Part shown: in pieces, positions 17,574 to 27,908 of the stretch
Layout of the letters: each line of letters opens with the position of its first letter
Numbering within the stretch: position 1 is the stretch's first letter
The notes under the pieces: model-generated
Seen by the model: only the letters and a program-made list of their open reading frames with translations
Databases searched by the model: none
Told to the model about the DNA's origin: nothing
Program-made: the position numbers and the translations under genes
DNA from: a bacterium
Lineage (GTDB): Bacteria > UBA8248 > JACPRG01 > G963555815
Direction of reading: 5' to 3'
Length of the DNA stretch: 64,000 bases
Assembly: GCA_965261595.1 (NCBI GenBank)
Contig: CBDHDG010000006.1
Coordinates: 1,472,001-1,536,000 of the forward strand

Positions 17574-19133
17574 ATGCAATTCATCGGTTGGATGTACGAC
17601 ATCGCGCGGGAGCAGGCGCCGAGCGAGGACCGGCTGCGGGAGATCCTCGGCCGGTCGAAGGCCGCCGGCTATACGGCCGTCGGGCTTTATCTGGAACACC
17701 GCTTCGCGTATCCCTCGGCCCCCTGGGCGGCCGGCCCGGGATGCCTGACACCCGACGTGGTCCGCCGGCTCCGCGCCGAGGCGGTTTCGACGGGGCTGCG
17801 GGTCGTCCCCTTTCTCAATACCCTGGGCCACATGGAGGGCTTCATCCGGTCCGAGGGCGGACAGTGGCTGGCCGAGGCGCCCGGGGGGGAAACGCTCCAG
17901 ACCTGTCCGAGCCGCCCCGAGTGCGCCGAGTTCGCTTGGAACCTGGTCTCCGACGCCATGGACGCGTTCGATGACGAATGGGTTCACCTGGGGGGCGACG
18001 AGACGCACCAGCTGGGGGCGTGCCCCCGGTGCGCGGAGCGCGCGCGGAAGATCGGCAAGGCCGGTCTCTACGCGGAATACCTGGGCCGCCTCTGCCGCAA
18101 GGTGCTGGACCGGGGGGCCCGGCCCTGCCTGTGGGGGGACATGCTCGCCCGACATCCCGAAGCGTTGGACAGCATCCCCCCCCGGACGTTGATCTTCGAT
18201 TGGAACTACGGCGGATCGCCGGCGGAGACGACCCGTTTGTTCCGCGCGCGCGGCTTCGACGTGATTTGCTGCCCGGCGGTGCGGTCTTACGATTCCGGGT
18301 GGTGTTTTCTGGATGAGACGCGGCGGGTCATCGACGCGCACGCGGAGGACGCGGGGCGGCTCGGGGCGCTGGGCGTCTGGGTCTGCGCCTGGGAGTTCTT
18401 CGGCTTCTCATCCTTCGCGTCGGTCTTTCCGCTCATCTTGGCGGCCGGCCGCCGCCTCTCGCGCGGGGGGGGGGAGGGGGGGAAGGGGGGGGAGGACTGG
18501 GCGGCCGCGGCGGATGCCGAGGGCGGCCCCGGTTACGCCCGGGCGGCGGAGCTGTTGGGCGGCTCGATCCCTTCGGCCTCGCCGTTCCTGGCCCCCGGAA
18601 CCTGGCGGTCGCTCCGGGAGGGTCTTGTCCTGCGGGGAAACCCGTTCGATTTGTGGAGGGCGTGGAGGGCCGAGGCGGGCGGACCGGCGGGCGACGCGAT
18701 CCTGCGGGCCTGCGACGAAGCGGAGGCGCTCCTGCCGGAAGAAAGCCCGATGCGGTTTCCTGTCGAGGTGCACCGCGTGGCCGTCGAGTGGGTGCGGTTG
18801 GTGGAGGGGGCTTATCGCCGCTATGCCTCTTGGGACGTGGAAGGCTGCGCCGCCTCGCTGGTGCCGGGGCGCGCCCTTCTGGGTCGCCTGCGGCCGGGTC
18901 TGGAGGGCGTTGCCGCACAGGGCGGATCGGCCATAGATGTGGCCCGTCTCGATCGCCTCCTCGATGTCCTCGATGAGGTCCGCGCGCGCCTCGGTCATCT
19001 GCCAAGCGGCGCTTCCCGGCTGCCCGCGTTCGAGACGTTGGTGGACGGGGCGTACCTGCCCGGCGATCAGGCCGCCTGGGGGACGGGCCTTGCGGCGCCC
19101 CCCCCCCCCCCCTCCCCCCCCCGAGGCCGATGA
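17574..19133 (+). CDS. Glycoside hydrolase family 20 (hexosaminidase-like)
   Basis: DIAR, LYLEH, VVPFLNTLGHME, catalytic HLGGDET, WGDML, DWNY; 3' end lies in a poly-C tract. Confidence 0.8.
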   Translation: MQFIGWMYDIAREQAPSEDRLREILGRSKAAGYTAVGLYLEHRFAYPSAPWAAGPGCLTPDVVRRLRAEAVSTGLRVVPFLNTLGHMEGFIRSEGGQWLAEAPGGETLQTCPSRPECAEFAWNLVSDAMDAFDDEWVHLGGDETHQLGACPRCAERARKIGKAGLYAEYLGRLCRKVLDRGARPCLWGDMLARHPEALDSIPPRTLIFDWNYGGSPAETTRLFRARGFDVICCPAVRSYDSGWCFLDETRRVIDAHAEDAGRLGALGVWVCAWEFFGFSSFASVFPLILAAGRRLSRGGGEGGKGGEDWAAAADAEGGPGYARAAELLGGSIPSASPFLAPGTWRSLREGLVLRGNPFDLWRAWRAEAGGPAGDAILRACDEAEALLPEESPMRFPVEVHRVAVEWVRLVEGAYRRYASWDVEGCAASLVPGRALLGRLRPGLEGVAAQGGSAIDVARLDRLLDVLDEVRARLGHLPSGASRLPAFETLVDGAYLPGDQAAWGTGLAAPPPPPSPPRGR

Positions 19134-19189
19134 TCCTCCCGCCGAACCGCTGCCCGGGGAAAATCGATTCACATCGGAGTCGATTTGAA

Positions 19190-19678
19190 TCATTCACCCG
19201 CCCCCCTGAAAGGCAGGGTGTTCCAGTCGGGCGGGACCCGGACCGCAACGACCTCCCCGCGCGCCGTCTCCTTCCCATTGGAATGGACCGAGCAGCGCAG
19301 GACGGTCTTCTTCGGCTTCGTCTCCAGGATCGCGGCGCGAAGCGTCACCGGCCGGTCGATCGCCGTCGGATGCAGATAGGACACATTCAGCGCGCCGGTG
19401 ACGAATCGGATGGGCGGGTCGGCGCCCATCGCCCGGCCTTCGCCCCGGTAGGCCGCCGCGACGGCGGTGCAGATGGAGTGACAGTCGATGATCGTCGCGA
19501 TGATTCCGCCGTTGAGGACGTTTCTCGGTCCGGCGATGTGAAAGGCCTTCGGCTGCCAGTCGCAAACCGCTTCGTCCCCCGACCCATAACTTTTGATCCC
19601 CAAACCATGATCGTTCCGGCGCCCGCAGCCCCAGCAATCGCAATCGAACAATTTTTCCTGGAATGCCGTCCGCTCCAT
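19190..19678 (-). CDS. PaaI-family hot-dog-fold thioesterase
   Basis: CWGCG, LNGGIIATIIDCH, VTGALNVSYLHP. Confidence 0.85.
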   Translation of the reverse strand: MERTAFQEKLFDCDCWGCGRRNDHGLGIKSYGSGDEAVCDWQPKAFHIAGPRNVLNGGIIATIIDCHSICTAVAAAYRGEGRAMGADPPIRFVTGALNVSYLHPTAIDRPVTLRAAILETKPKKTVLRCSVHSNGKETARGEVVAVRVPPDWNTLPFRGAGE

Positions 19679-19916
19679 TCGCGTCTTCTCCCAATTCGGC
19701 CATCGGGAACCCAGGATGCCCAAAGGCACATGTTAATTTGCTTCAGTGAAACCCGTCAATTTGCCTGAATGATTCCCGTCGGGAACCCGCGGGGTTTTCG
19801 GTGGGGCGCCCCGTCCGAGGCGGCCGTGTGGGGGGAGGAAAGATGCGGTATGCTCGGGCAGGATGACTGCCGGGGGTGGTGTTCTTTCCGCGAAACATAT
19901 GGAGGCGAGGGGGCGG

Positions 19917-20717
19917 ATGGGGGCGGTGAGTCGAGAACAGATCGAGGCGCTGGCCGAGCGGCTGCGCCGGGCCGAGGAAACGGGCAAGCCGTGCGGGCCG
20001 ATTCGCGACCATCTGCCCGAGGGCGACGTCGAAGCCGCCTACGCCGTGCAGAGGGCCAACACCGAATTTTGGACGAAGCAAGGCCGGCGGCTCGTAGGAC
20101 GGAAGATCGGCCTGACCGCAAAGGCCGTCCAGCGGCAGCTCGGCGTCGACCAGCCGGATTTCGGCATGCTCCTGGCCGACCGGACCGTGGGCGACGGCGA
20201 AGAGATTGACCCGGGCCTCATCATGCAGCCGCGGGTGGAGGCGGAGATCGCCTTGATCATCGAGCGCGATCTCACGGCCGAGCGGCCGACTGTCGCCGAC
20301 GTCATCCGGGCGACGGCCTTCGCCATCCCCGCCATCGAGGTGGTTTCGAGCCGAATCGCCGATTGGGACATCCGGATCGTCGACACCATCGCCGATAACG
20401 CCTCCTTCGGTCTCTACGTTTTGGGCGGCCCGCCCAGATCCCTCGACGGCCTCGACCTTCGCCTCTGCGGGATGGTGATGGAGCGGCGGGGAGAGCCGAT
20501 CTCCTTGGGCGTCGGCGCGGCCTGTCTGGGCAACCCGCTGAATGCCGCCGCCTGGCTGGCCCGGAAGATGGTCGAGGTCGGCATGCCCCTTCAGGCGGGC
20601 GACGTCATCATGACCGGCGCCCTCGGCCCCATGGCCCCGGTGGCCGCGGGGGACGTGATCGAGGCCCGAATCTCGGGGCTGGGTTCGGTCCGGGCCGTTT
20701 TCGCGGAAGGAGCCTGA
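19917..20717 (+). CDS. mhpD: 2-keto-4-pentenoate hydratase
   Basis: [50 protein letters not shown]. Confidence 0.88.
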   Translation: MGAVSREQIEALAERLRRAEETGKPCGPIRDHLPEGDVEAAYAVQRANTEFWTKQGRRLVGRKIGLTAKAVQRQLGVDQPDFGMLLADRTVGDGEEIDPGLIMQPRVEAEIALIIERDLTAERPTVADVIRATAFAIPAIEVVSSRIADWDIRIVDTIADNASFGLYVLGGPPRSLDGLDLRLCGMVMERRGEPISLGVGAACLGNPLNAAAWLARKMVEVGMPLQAGDVIMTGALGPMAPVAAGDVIEARISGLGSVRAVFAEGA

Positions 20718-20721
20718 GAGG

Positions 20722-21513
20722 ATGGCGAACATCAATCGGCTCGCCGAGATTGTGGACGACGCCGCCGTCCGGGCGGAGCCGATCCCCCAGCTAAGCATGG
20801 ACAATCCCCTGACCGTCGAGGAGGCCTACAGTGTCCAGGCGGCATCGGTGCGGCGGCGCGTGGCTCGCGGCGAGCGCCGGACGGGCGTCAAGATGGGTTT
20901 CACCAGCAAGGCCAAGATGGCGCAGATGGGCGTGGACGACCTGATCTGGGGGCGGCTCACGGACGGGATGATCGTCGAAGACGGCGGAGAGATCGATCTC
21001 CGGACCTTGATCCATCCCCGCGTGGAGCCGGAGATCGCCTTCCTGCTGAAACGGCCCCTGCCCGCGAAGGTGACGATGGCCGAGGCGATGGCCTCCGTCG
21101 AGGCGGTCGCGCCGGCGATGGAAATCATCGATTCCCGCTACCGGGATTTCCGGTTTTCACTGGCCGACGTGATGGCGGACAACACGTCCGCGGCCGGGTT
21201 CGTCATCGGGGCGTGGCATCCACCCGACGTGGACGTGTCGAACCTGGGCATGATCCTGGAGATCAACGGCCGGCCCCGGCAAATCGGCTCCTCGGCCGCC
21301 ATCCTGGGTCATCCGGTGCGGGCGCTTGTCTCGGCGGCGCGCCTTTCCGCGGCGGCGGGAGAGCCGCTCCAGGACGGCTGGATCGTCCTGGCCGGGGGGG
21401 CCACGGCGGCGGAAAGTCTGGCGGCGGGGGACCACGTCCGGACCGAGGCCGAGTCGCTCGGCCCGGTGTCTTTCTCCGTCGGCGGTTCGGCGGATGAGGG
21501 CGCGGCGGGATGA
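20722..21513 (+). CDS. dmpH: 4-oxalocrotonate decarboxylase (2-oxo-3-hexenedioate decarboxylase)
   Basis: GVKMGFTSKAKMAQMGV, IHPRVEPEIAF, DSRYRDFRFSL, AAILGHP, AGGAT. Confidence 0.85.
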   Translation: MANINRLAEIVDDAAVRAEPIPQLSMDNPLTVEEAYSVQAASVRRRVARGERRTGVKMGFTSKAKMAQMGVDDLIWGRLTDGMIVEDGGEIDLRTLIHPRVEPEIAFLLKRPLPAKVTMAEAMASVEAVAPAMEIIDSRYRDFRFSLADVMADNTSAAGFVIGAWHPPDVDVSNLGMILEINGRPRQIGSSAAILGHPVRALVSAARLSAAAGEPLQDGWIVLAGGATAAESLAAGDHVRTEAESLGPVSFSVGGSADEGAAG

Positions 21514-22262
21514 ACGCCGTCGATCTGTCCGGCCGCGGGGCCGTCGTGACGGGTGCGGCGAGGGGGATCGGGCGGGGGATCGCCGAGCGTCTCCTGAAGT
21601 CGGGCGCCCGCGTTTCTCTATGGGACATCGATCCGGCGGCCCTAGAGAAGACGGCCGGGGCGTTGTCCAGGCTGGGCGAGGTTCACCGGGCCGTGGTCGA
21701 CGTGGCGGACGACGCGTCGGCGGAGAAAGCGGCGAAGGCCGCGCGCGAGCGGCTCGGGGCCATCGACATCCTCGTCAAGAACGCGGGGGTCTCCGGTCCC
21801 AACCTGGCGCTTTGGGAATGCCCGGCCGAGGAATGGCATCAGGTCATCCGGGTCAATCTGGTGGGGGTGTTCCATTGCGGCCGGGCGGTCGTTCCCTTCA
21901 TGATCGAGAAGGGTTACGGCCGGATCGTGAACATCGCCTCCGTCGCGGGGAAGGAGGGCAACCCGAACGCGTCGGCCTACAGCGCCTCGAAAGCGGGGGT
22001 GATCGGGCTGACCAAGTCCCTCGGCAAAGAGCTGGTGCGGACCGGGATCCTGGTGAACTGCATTACGCCGGCGGCGGTCGAGACGGACCTCTTCCGGCAG
22101 ATGACCGAAGAGCACGTCCGGTTCATGCTCTCGAAGATCCCCATGGGGCGGTTCGGCCGGATAGAGGAGGTCGCCGCCATGACCGCCTGGCTCTGCTCGG
22201 AGGAATGCTCCTTCACGACGGGCGGGGTGTTCGACCTCTCGGGTGGAAGGGCGACGTATTGA
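21510..22262 (+). CDS. SDR family NAD(P)-dependent oxidoreductase
   Basis: TGAARGIG, ASVAGKEGNPNASAYSASK, FDLSGGRATY. Confidence 0.92.
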   Translation: MNAVDLSGRGAVVTGAARGIGRGIAERLLKSGARVSLWDIDPAALEKTAGALSRLGEVHRAVVDVADDASAEKAAKAARERLGAIDILVKNAGVSGPNLALWECPAEEWHQVIRVNLVGVFHCGRAVVPFMIEKGYGRIVNIASVAGKEGNPNASAYSASKAGVIGLTKSLGKELVRTGILVNCITPAAVETDLFRQMTEEHVRFMLSKIPMGRFGRIEEVAAMTAWLCSEECSFTTGGVFDLSGGRATY

Positions 22263-22507
22263 GCGCCACCTTGCGAGAATCTTCCGCTGATTTCCTGCCA
22301 AGCCGGAAAGACTTTCAATCCTGAATCCATGGTGATGATTGCCGCCCGCCAAGCGGCTCAGGGTTCTGGGCTGACTTGACACACTGCCTTTGTTCAATGT
22401 ACGTTTAGCGGACGTATTTATTTTTCTTCCAAAATGTAAGCGGGCGAATCGGACGGGGGAATCGTTGTGTCCGGCGTCATCCCCGCGTTTCAGGGGGGGG
22501 GGATTGT

Positions 22508-24556
22508 TTGAACAGACAGAATGGCTCCAAGGAAACTGTCATCGGGATAGACGTGGGGGGCACGTTCACCGATCTGGTGGGTTTGGACCCCGAGTCCGGG
22601 GATCTCAAAGTTCTCAAGGTGTTCTCCACGCCTGACGATCAGGCCCGCGGCCTCCTGCACGGACTGACGAATCTCGGAATTCCGATTGACGCCATCGGGA
22701 TGGTGGTCCACGGCTCCACCGTGGCGACCAACGCCGTCCTCGAGCGCAAAGGCGCCAAAGTCGGACTCCTGACCACGAAGGGTTTTCGGGACATCCTCGA
22801 GATCCGGCGCCGGGATCGGCATCACGACTACGGCCTGACGGGCGATTTCAAACCGCTTGTTCCGAGAGACCTCCGCTTGGAGGTGGACGAGCGGAGCGAC
22901 GAGAAGGGCGCCATCCTCACGCCGGTCGATCCGCAAGAGATCGAGCGGCTCGGCAGGCGGCTGCTCGATGAGGGCTGCGAAGCCGTCGTCGTCAGCTTCC
23001 TTCATTGCTACGCCAACCCGGCCAACGAACAGAAGGCCAAGGAGGTCCTGGTCTCCTTCTGGCCCAATGATTACATCGAGCTGTCCTCCGAGGTCCTGCC
23101 CGAATTTCGGGAGTTCGAGCGCACCAGCACGACGGTCGTGAACGCGTACGTTCGTCCCCTGGTCTCCCGCTACCTGCGCTCGGTTCGGGGGCGGCTCCGC
23201 GAGGACGGCTTCGACCGGGACATCGTGATGATCCAGAGCAACGGGGGCGGGATGAGCCTGGAGGCGGCCGAGCGCTACTCGGTCAACACCGTCCTGTCGG
23301 GTCCGGCGGCGGGGGCCATCGCGGCGGCGTACATCGCCTCCCAAGCGGGTAACACCGAGGTGATCTCGGGCGACATGGGGGGCACCTCCTTCGACGCCTG
23401 CCTCATCCGCGGCGGCCGGCCCGAGGTGAGCTCCGACCGGGCTCTGGAGTTCGGCATCCCGGTGCGCATCTCGATGATCGACATCCGAACCATCGGCGCG
23501 GGCGGCGGCTCCATCGCCTGGGTCGACTCCGGCGGGTTGCTGGAGATCGGCCCCCATAGCGCCGGGGCGGTCCCCGGACCCGTCTGCTACGGCCGGGGCG
23601 GGAGCGAGCCCACGGTCACCGACGCGAACCTCGTCCTGGGCCGGATCAATCCCGAATACTCCATCGCCCGGGAGGATGGATTCACCCTCGGCCTGGAACC
23701 CGCCCGGCGGGCGATTGAGGAGAAGGTCGCGGCGCCCCTCGGCCTCGGGGTCGAGGCGGCGGCGGAGGCCGTCATCCGGGTCGCCAACGTCAAGATGGCC
23801 AATGCCCTGCGGGTCGTGAGCATCGAGAAGGGCCACGACCCCCGTGAGTTCGTCCAGGTCGGGTTCGGGGGGGCGGGACCCTTGCACGCCGCGGCCCTGG
23901 CCCGGGAGCTGGGGATCCGGCACACCTTGATCCCATACCTGCCGGGCGTGACCTCCGCGATGGGGTGCGTCCTGGCCGACATGCGCCACGACTGGGTCCT
24001 AACGCTGAACGTCGCCCTGGACGACGTCGATATCGGGGACATTCACGGCATCTTCGAGGACCATGTGCGAAGGGGCGAAGAGGTGCTGGCGAGCGCGAGC
24101 GCCTACGTCGAAAGCGCCGTCCACCTTTTCGAGGCCGACATGCAGTTCTCCGGCCAGACCCACACCGTCCGGGTTCCGCTCGCGTTCGGCCGGCCCGCGG
24201 CGGAGGAGATACGCGCGAATTTCCTGAAGGCGTACACGGACCGGTACGGCGATGTCCTCGTGGATACGGCCGTGATGGTGGTGAACCTGCGCACGGCGGT
24301 CATCGGCGTCCGGCCCAAGGTGGACTTCAGCTCCCTGTTGGACAAGATTGGGGGCGACCCCTTCAAAGGGAAGCGGCGGGTTTACTTCGGCCGGCAATGG
24401 TATGACTGTCCCACGTACGAGCGGCGGCGCCTGCCCGTCGGTTTTCGCGGGGACGGCCCGGCCGTCATCGAGCAGGCGGACGCCACGGTGTTCGTGGAGC
24501 CCGGGATGGCCTGGTCCGTGGATGAGTGGGGCAACATTCTTCTGGAGGTCGATTAA
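22508..24556 (+). CDS. Hydantoinase A/oxoprolinase ATP-binding subunit
   Basis: IDVGGTFTD, HGSTVATNA, REFERTSTT, SGPAAG, DMGGTS, GAGGGS, PGPVCYGRGG; start codon uncertain. Confidence 0.93.
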   Translation: MNRQNGSKETVIGIDVGGTFTDLVGLDPESGDLKVLKVFSTPDDQARGLLHGLTNLGIPIDAIGMVVHGSTVATNAVLERKGAKVGLLTTKGFRDILEIRRRDRHHDYGLTGDFKPLVPRDLRLEVDERSDEKGAILTPVDPQEIERLGRRLLDEGCEAVVVSFLHCYANPANEQKAKEVLVSFWPNDYIELSSEVLPEFREFERTSTTVVNAYVRPLVSRYLRSVRGRLREDGFDRDIVMIQSNGGGMSLEAAERYSVNTVLSGPAAGAIAAAYIASQAGNTEVISGDMGGTSFDACLIRGGRPEVSSDRALEFGIPVRISMIDIRTIGAGGGSIAWVDSGGLLEIGPHSAGAVPGPVCYGRGGSEPTVTDANLVLGRINPEYSIAREDGFTLGLEPARRAIEEKVAAPLGLGVEAAAEAVIRVANVKMANALRVVSIEKGHDPREFVQVGFGGAGPLHAAALARELGIRHTLIPYLPGVTSAMGCVLADMRHDWVLTLNVALDDVDIGDIHGIFEDHVRRGEEVLASASAYVESAVHLFEADMQFSGQTHTVRVPLAFGRPAAEEIRANFLKAYTDRYGDVLVDTAVMVVNLRTAVIGVRPKVDFSSLLDKIGGDPFKGKRRVYFGRQWYDCPTYERRRLPVGFRGDGPAVIEQADATVFVEPGMAWSVDEWGNILLEVD

Positions 24557-24558
24557 TC

Positions 24559-26295
24559 ATGGCTGTGGATCCCGTCACACTGGCCGTCGTCAAGGCGAGC
24601 CTGGAGTTCACCGCCGATGAGATGGACACCGCCATGATCAAGACGTCCTTCTCCCCCGTTATCGCCGAGGGCCACGACCGGGCCAACGGCATCTATGACG
24701 GCGTGACGGGCGAGGTCATCGCCCAGGGGGACGACGCCCTGCCCATCTTCGTCGGGGCCATGCAGTTCACCGTTCAGGCCACCCTCAAGGTGGTCGATGA
24801 TTTCAAGCCGGGCGACATCTTCATGGTGAACGACCCTTACACCGGCGGGACGCACTTGATGGACGTCTCCCTCCTGAAGCCCTTTTATTATGAGGGGAAG
24901 ATTTTCGCGTGGCTGGCGAACACCGGCCACTGGCCCGACATCGGCGGCTCGGTTCCGGGCGGGTTCGTGGCCGACGCGACGGAGATCTTCCAGGAGGGCC
25001 TGCGCCTTCCGCCGGTCCGGCTGTTCCGCGAAGGGGTGATGAACAAGGACATCTGGAACCTGGTCCTGGCCAACATCCGCGTTCCGGAGGAGCGCACCGG
25101 TGACATCACCGCGGCCGTCAACGCGCTCCACGTGGGCGAGGTCCGGCTTCGCGGCATCCTCGACAAATACGGCCTGGAGACGGTCCGGGCGTGCATCGAC
25201 GAGATGAAGATTCATTCCGAGAAGATGATCCGGGCCCACATCGAAGCCATTCCCGACGGTGTTTATACCTTCGAGGATTACATGGACAGCGACGGGGTGA
25301 CGAATGAGCCCTTGACCATCCACTGCGACATGACGGTCAAAGGGTCCGACATGCACCTGAACTTCAGCCGGTCCAGCCCGCCGTGCAAGGGGCCGACCTC
25401 GAGTGTGCTGTCCAACACCATCGCGGCCTTCTACGTGGCCATCAAGCACGTCTTCACCGATGTGCCCGTGAACTCGGGGTTGTTTGTCCCCTTCACCTTC
25501 GATGTCCCGGACACCACCTTCCTCAACTCGAAGTTTCCCAAGCCCTGCGCGGCCTGCACCGCCGAGGTCGGCCAGCGGGTGGTGGATGTGGTCTTCGGGT
25601 GCCTGGCCCAGGCCATTCCCGACAAGCTCTTCGGGGCCCCCTTCTCCACGAACAACGACCTCGTCGTGGGCGGTCATGACCCGGAGACCGGGAAGGACTA
25701 CGTGATTTACATCTATCAGGGGGGCGGGTACGGCGGCTCGATGGTCTCGGAGGGCCTGACCAACGGGGCGTCGACGATCGGAATCTCCCGGGTCCCGCCG
25801 GCGGAGCTCTACGAGCAGCGATACCCCTTCCGGGTGAAACACTTCGAGCTTTTCGAGGACTCGGCGGGATCGGGTCGGCATCGGGGCGGGTTCGGCACCT
25901 CGTACAAGTTCGAGCTCCTGCGGGGTGAGGGCGTTTGCTCGGTCATCGGCGACCGGGGGAAGTTTCCGCCCTTCGGCATCCTGGGGGGGAAGCCCGCGCG
26001 CCTCAGCGAAATCATCTTTAACCTGGACGGCAAGGAATACCGGCCCGAGCACGTGACGAAAGCCGCCCGGGTGCGCCTGAAACCGGGCGACACCATCGAG
26101 GTGCACTCCCCCGGCGGGGGCGGGTACGGCGATCCCCTCGAACGGAATCTTGAATGGGTGCAGGAGGACCTGCGGAGCGGGCGCGTTTACCGCGAGACGG
26201 CGGAGCGGGATTACGGAGCGGTTTTCCTGGGGGACTCCACTGTCCTGGACATCCCGGCCACCGAGGCCCGGCGGAAGAAGCTGGCGTCAAAATAA
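24559..26295 (+). CDS. Hydantoinase B/oxoprolinase subunit
   Basis: DPVTL, NDPYTGGTHLMD, HWPDIGGSVPGG, EGLRLPP, PGGGGYGDP. Confidence 0.93.
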   Translation: MAVDPVTLAVVKASLEFTADEMDTAMIKTSFSPVIAEGHDRANGIYDGVTGEVIAQGDDALPIFVGAMQFTVQATLKVVDDFKPGDIFMVNDPYTGGTHLMDVSLLKPFYYEGKIFAWLANTGHWPDIGGSVPGGFVADATEIFQEGLRLPPVRLFREGVMNKDIWNLVLANIRVPEERTGDITAAVNALHVGEVRLRGILDKYGLETVRACIDEMKIHSEKMIRAHIEAIPDGVYTFEDYMDSDGVTNEPLTIHCDMTVKGSDMHLNFSRSSPPCKGPTSSVLSNTIAAFYVAIKHVFTDVPVNSGLFVPFTFDVPDTTFLNSKFPKPCAACTAEVGQRVVDVVFGCLAQAIPDKLFGAPFSTNNDLVVGGHDPETGKDYVIYIYQGGGYGGSMVSEGLTNGASTIGISRVPPAELYEQRYPFRVKHFELFEDSAGSGRHRGGFGTSYKFELLRGEGVCSVIGDRGKFPPFGILGGKPARLSEIIFNLDGKEYRPEHVTKAARVRLKPGDTIEVHSPGGGGYGDPLERNLEWVQEDLRSGRVYRETAERDYGAVFLGDSTVLDIPATEARRKKLASK

Positions 26296-26368
26296 ACTGA
26301 CGACGGCGCCGGCCGGCCGCGTTATCGAGTCCTGTATGATTACTGTCCTATCCGCGTCTCGCGGGAAT

Positions 26369-26442
26369 GGGCCGGTGCAGAGCCGGGGGCCCCTACATGT
26401 CCTTTGAGGATCGCGTGTAAGGGCGGGGCTCCGCACCCGCCC
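26369..26442. repeat. Pair of REP-like GTAG/GTAA-anchored imperfect palindromes
   Basis: ...CCCCTAC ending at 26396 (minus-strand GTAG) and GTAAGGGCGGGGCTCCGCACCCGCCC at 26417-26442. Confidence 0.45.
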
Positions 26443-26503
26443 GAGAAATGTCGGGTGATCCCCCGGGGCTTTCGTTGCTCCGCCACGCATAGTGACCCGC
26501 CCC

Positions 26504-27373
26504 CTAAAGTTGTACCACTTTTTGAGTTAGTCTCTTCTCCCCGATATCCGAAAGTGTAGGGATGCCCGGAGGCATTGGTTCGATGGCCTCCGGCGCCGGG
26601 GGCCGGTAGCCCAAGGCACTATGGGGCCTTACCCGGTTGTAGAGTTGTCGCCATCTCTCCACCAACACCTTGGCCTCTGTCAGGGTGTAGAAGATCTCCC
26701 CGTTGAGCAGCTCATCGCGCAGCTTGCCGATGAAGGACTCCACATAGCCGTTCTCCCAGGGACTGCCCCGCTCGATGTAAAGCGTTCTCACCCCAAGACG
26801 GGTGAGCCACCCTCTCACCGCATTCGCCGTGAACTCCGCCCCGTTGTCCGAGCGGATATAAGCCGGCAGGCCACGCCGGACGAACAACTCGGTGAGGCGG
26901 TCCAGGACGTCCTCGGAGTTGAGTCTTCTCTCTACATCAAGGGCCAAGCACTCCCGGGTCAACTCATCCATCACAGCCAGCATCCGTAAAGGCCGCCCAT
27001 CGTGCGTCCTCGCGGCCAGGAAGTCGTAGGACCACACATGATTCCGATAAGACGGACGCTTGCGAACACAAGAGCCGTCGTTCAGCCATAAACGCCCTCG
27101 CTTGGGCTGTCTCTTCGGCGCCTTCAGGCCTTCCTGGCGCCAGATCCGCTCCACCCCCTTGTGATTCACTCGCCAGCCTTCTCTTTCCAACAGAGCCGTT
27201 ATCCTCCGGTAGCCGTACCGTCCGTACTCGCTCGCCAGCTCTGTCACCCGCGCCACCAAACGGGCCTCATCGTCAGGGACCTGGGCAGAGCGCCGCTGAG
27301 TCGAGCGGGCCTGACCCAGCACCCGGCAGGCGCGACGTTCGGACACGCTCAGCTTCTCCCGCACATGCTCCAT
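26504..27373 (-). CDS. IS3 transposase OrfB (DDE integrase core)
   Basis: YGYRR, WSYDF, RSDNGAEF, SPWENGYVESF, RPHSALGY. Confidence 0.93.
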   Translation of the reverse strand: MEHVREKLSVSERRACRVLGQARSTQRRSAQVPDDEARLVARVTELASEYGRYGYRRITALLEREGWRVNHKGVERIWRQEGLKAPKRQPKRGRLWLNDGSCVRKRPSYRNHVWSYDFLAARTHDGRPLRMLAVMDELTRECLALDVERRLNSEDVLDRLTELFVRRGLPAYIRSDNGAEFTANAVRGWLTRLGVRTLYIERGSPWENGYVESFIGKLRDELLNGEIFYTLTEAKVLVERWRQLYNRVRPHSALGYRPPAPEAIEPMPPGIPTLSDIGEKRLTQKVVQL

Positions 27374-27396
27374 CGCCCGCCGCCGCGCAGGCGGGC

Positions 27397-27678
27397 TCAG
27401 AAGTTTCCCTGGGAGGCCTCCTTCAAGATGGCGTTATCCAGGGCCTGCTCGGCCACCAGCTTCTTTAGCCGGGCGTTTTCCTGCTCCAGTGTCTTCAGTC
27501 GTTTCGCCTGGTCCAGGCGCAGGCCTCCGTACTCCCGCCGCCACCGGTAATAGGTCTGCTCGGAGATCCCCAGCGTCTTGCAGACCTGAGCCATCCTCTG
27601 CCCATTGGCCAACTCCACCTCGGCCTGACGAAGCTTGTGGATGATCTGCTCCGCGGTGAATCGCTTCCGACTCATCAT
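27397..27678 (-). CDS. IS3 transposase OrfA (HTH)
   Basis: RFTAEQII, GISEQTYYRWR, LEQENARLKKLVA. Confidence 0.9.
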   Translation of the reverse strand: MMSRKRFTAEQIIHKLRQAEVELANGQRMAQVCKTLGISEQTYYRWRREYGGLRLDQAKRLKTLEQENARLKKLVAEQALDNAILKEASQGNF

Positions 27679-27908
27679 TGCCCCCTTTCTAGGCCAATCC
27701 AGTCCCGAAAGCCGTGCGAAAATCCTAACTCTCAAACCGGACCGGTTTCAGGGGGGCAGGTCAAATAGGACTTTCATTTATGCCAGCTTCAAACGTCTTA
27801 ACGTATGGAATTCTTTCGCGATTCGCCGACAACCTTTTTCCGGCTTCGCGTGGTTGAGTTGAAGACAATGTACCGAACCGGAATGAAACACTCGACACGG
27901 GACGCCTC

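Larger units (their letters stand above)
26493..27763 (-). mobile_element. IS3-family insertion sequence, apparently intact (1,271 bp)
   Basis: TGACC...GGTCA termini with imperfect IRs; orfA/orfB joined at a G-GGA-AAC slippery site (27403-27409); ATAG flanks the left end and recurs one base outside the right end (possible 4-bp TSD). Confidence 0.92.
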
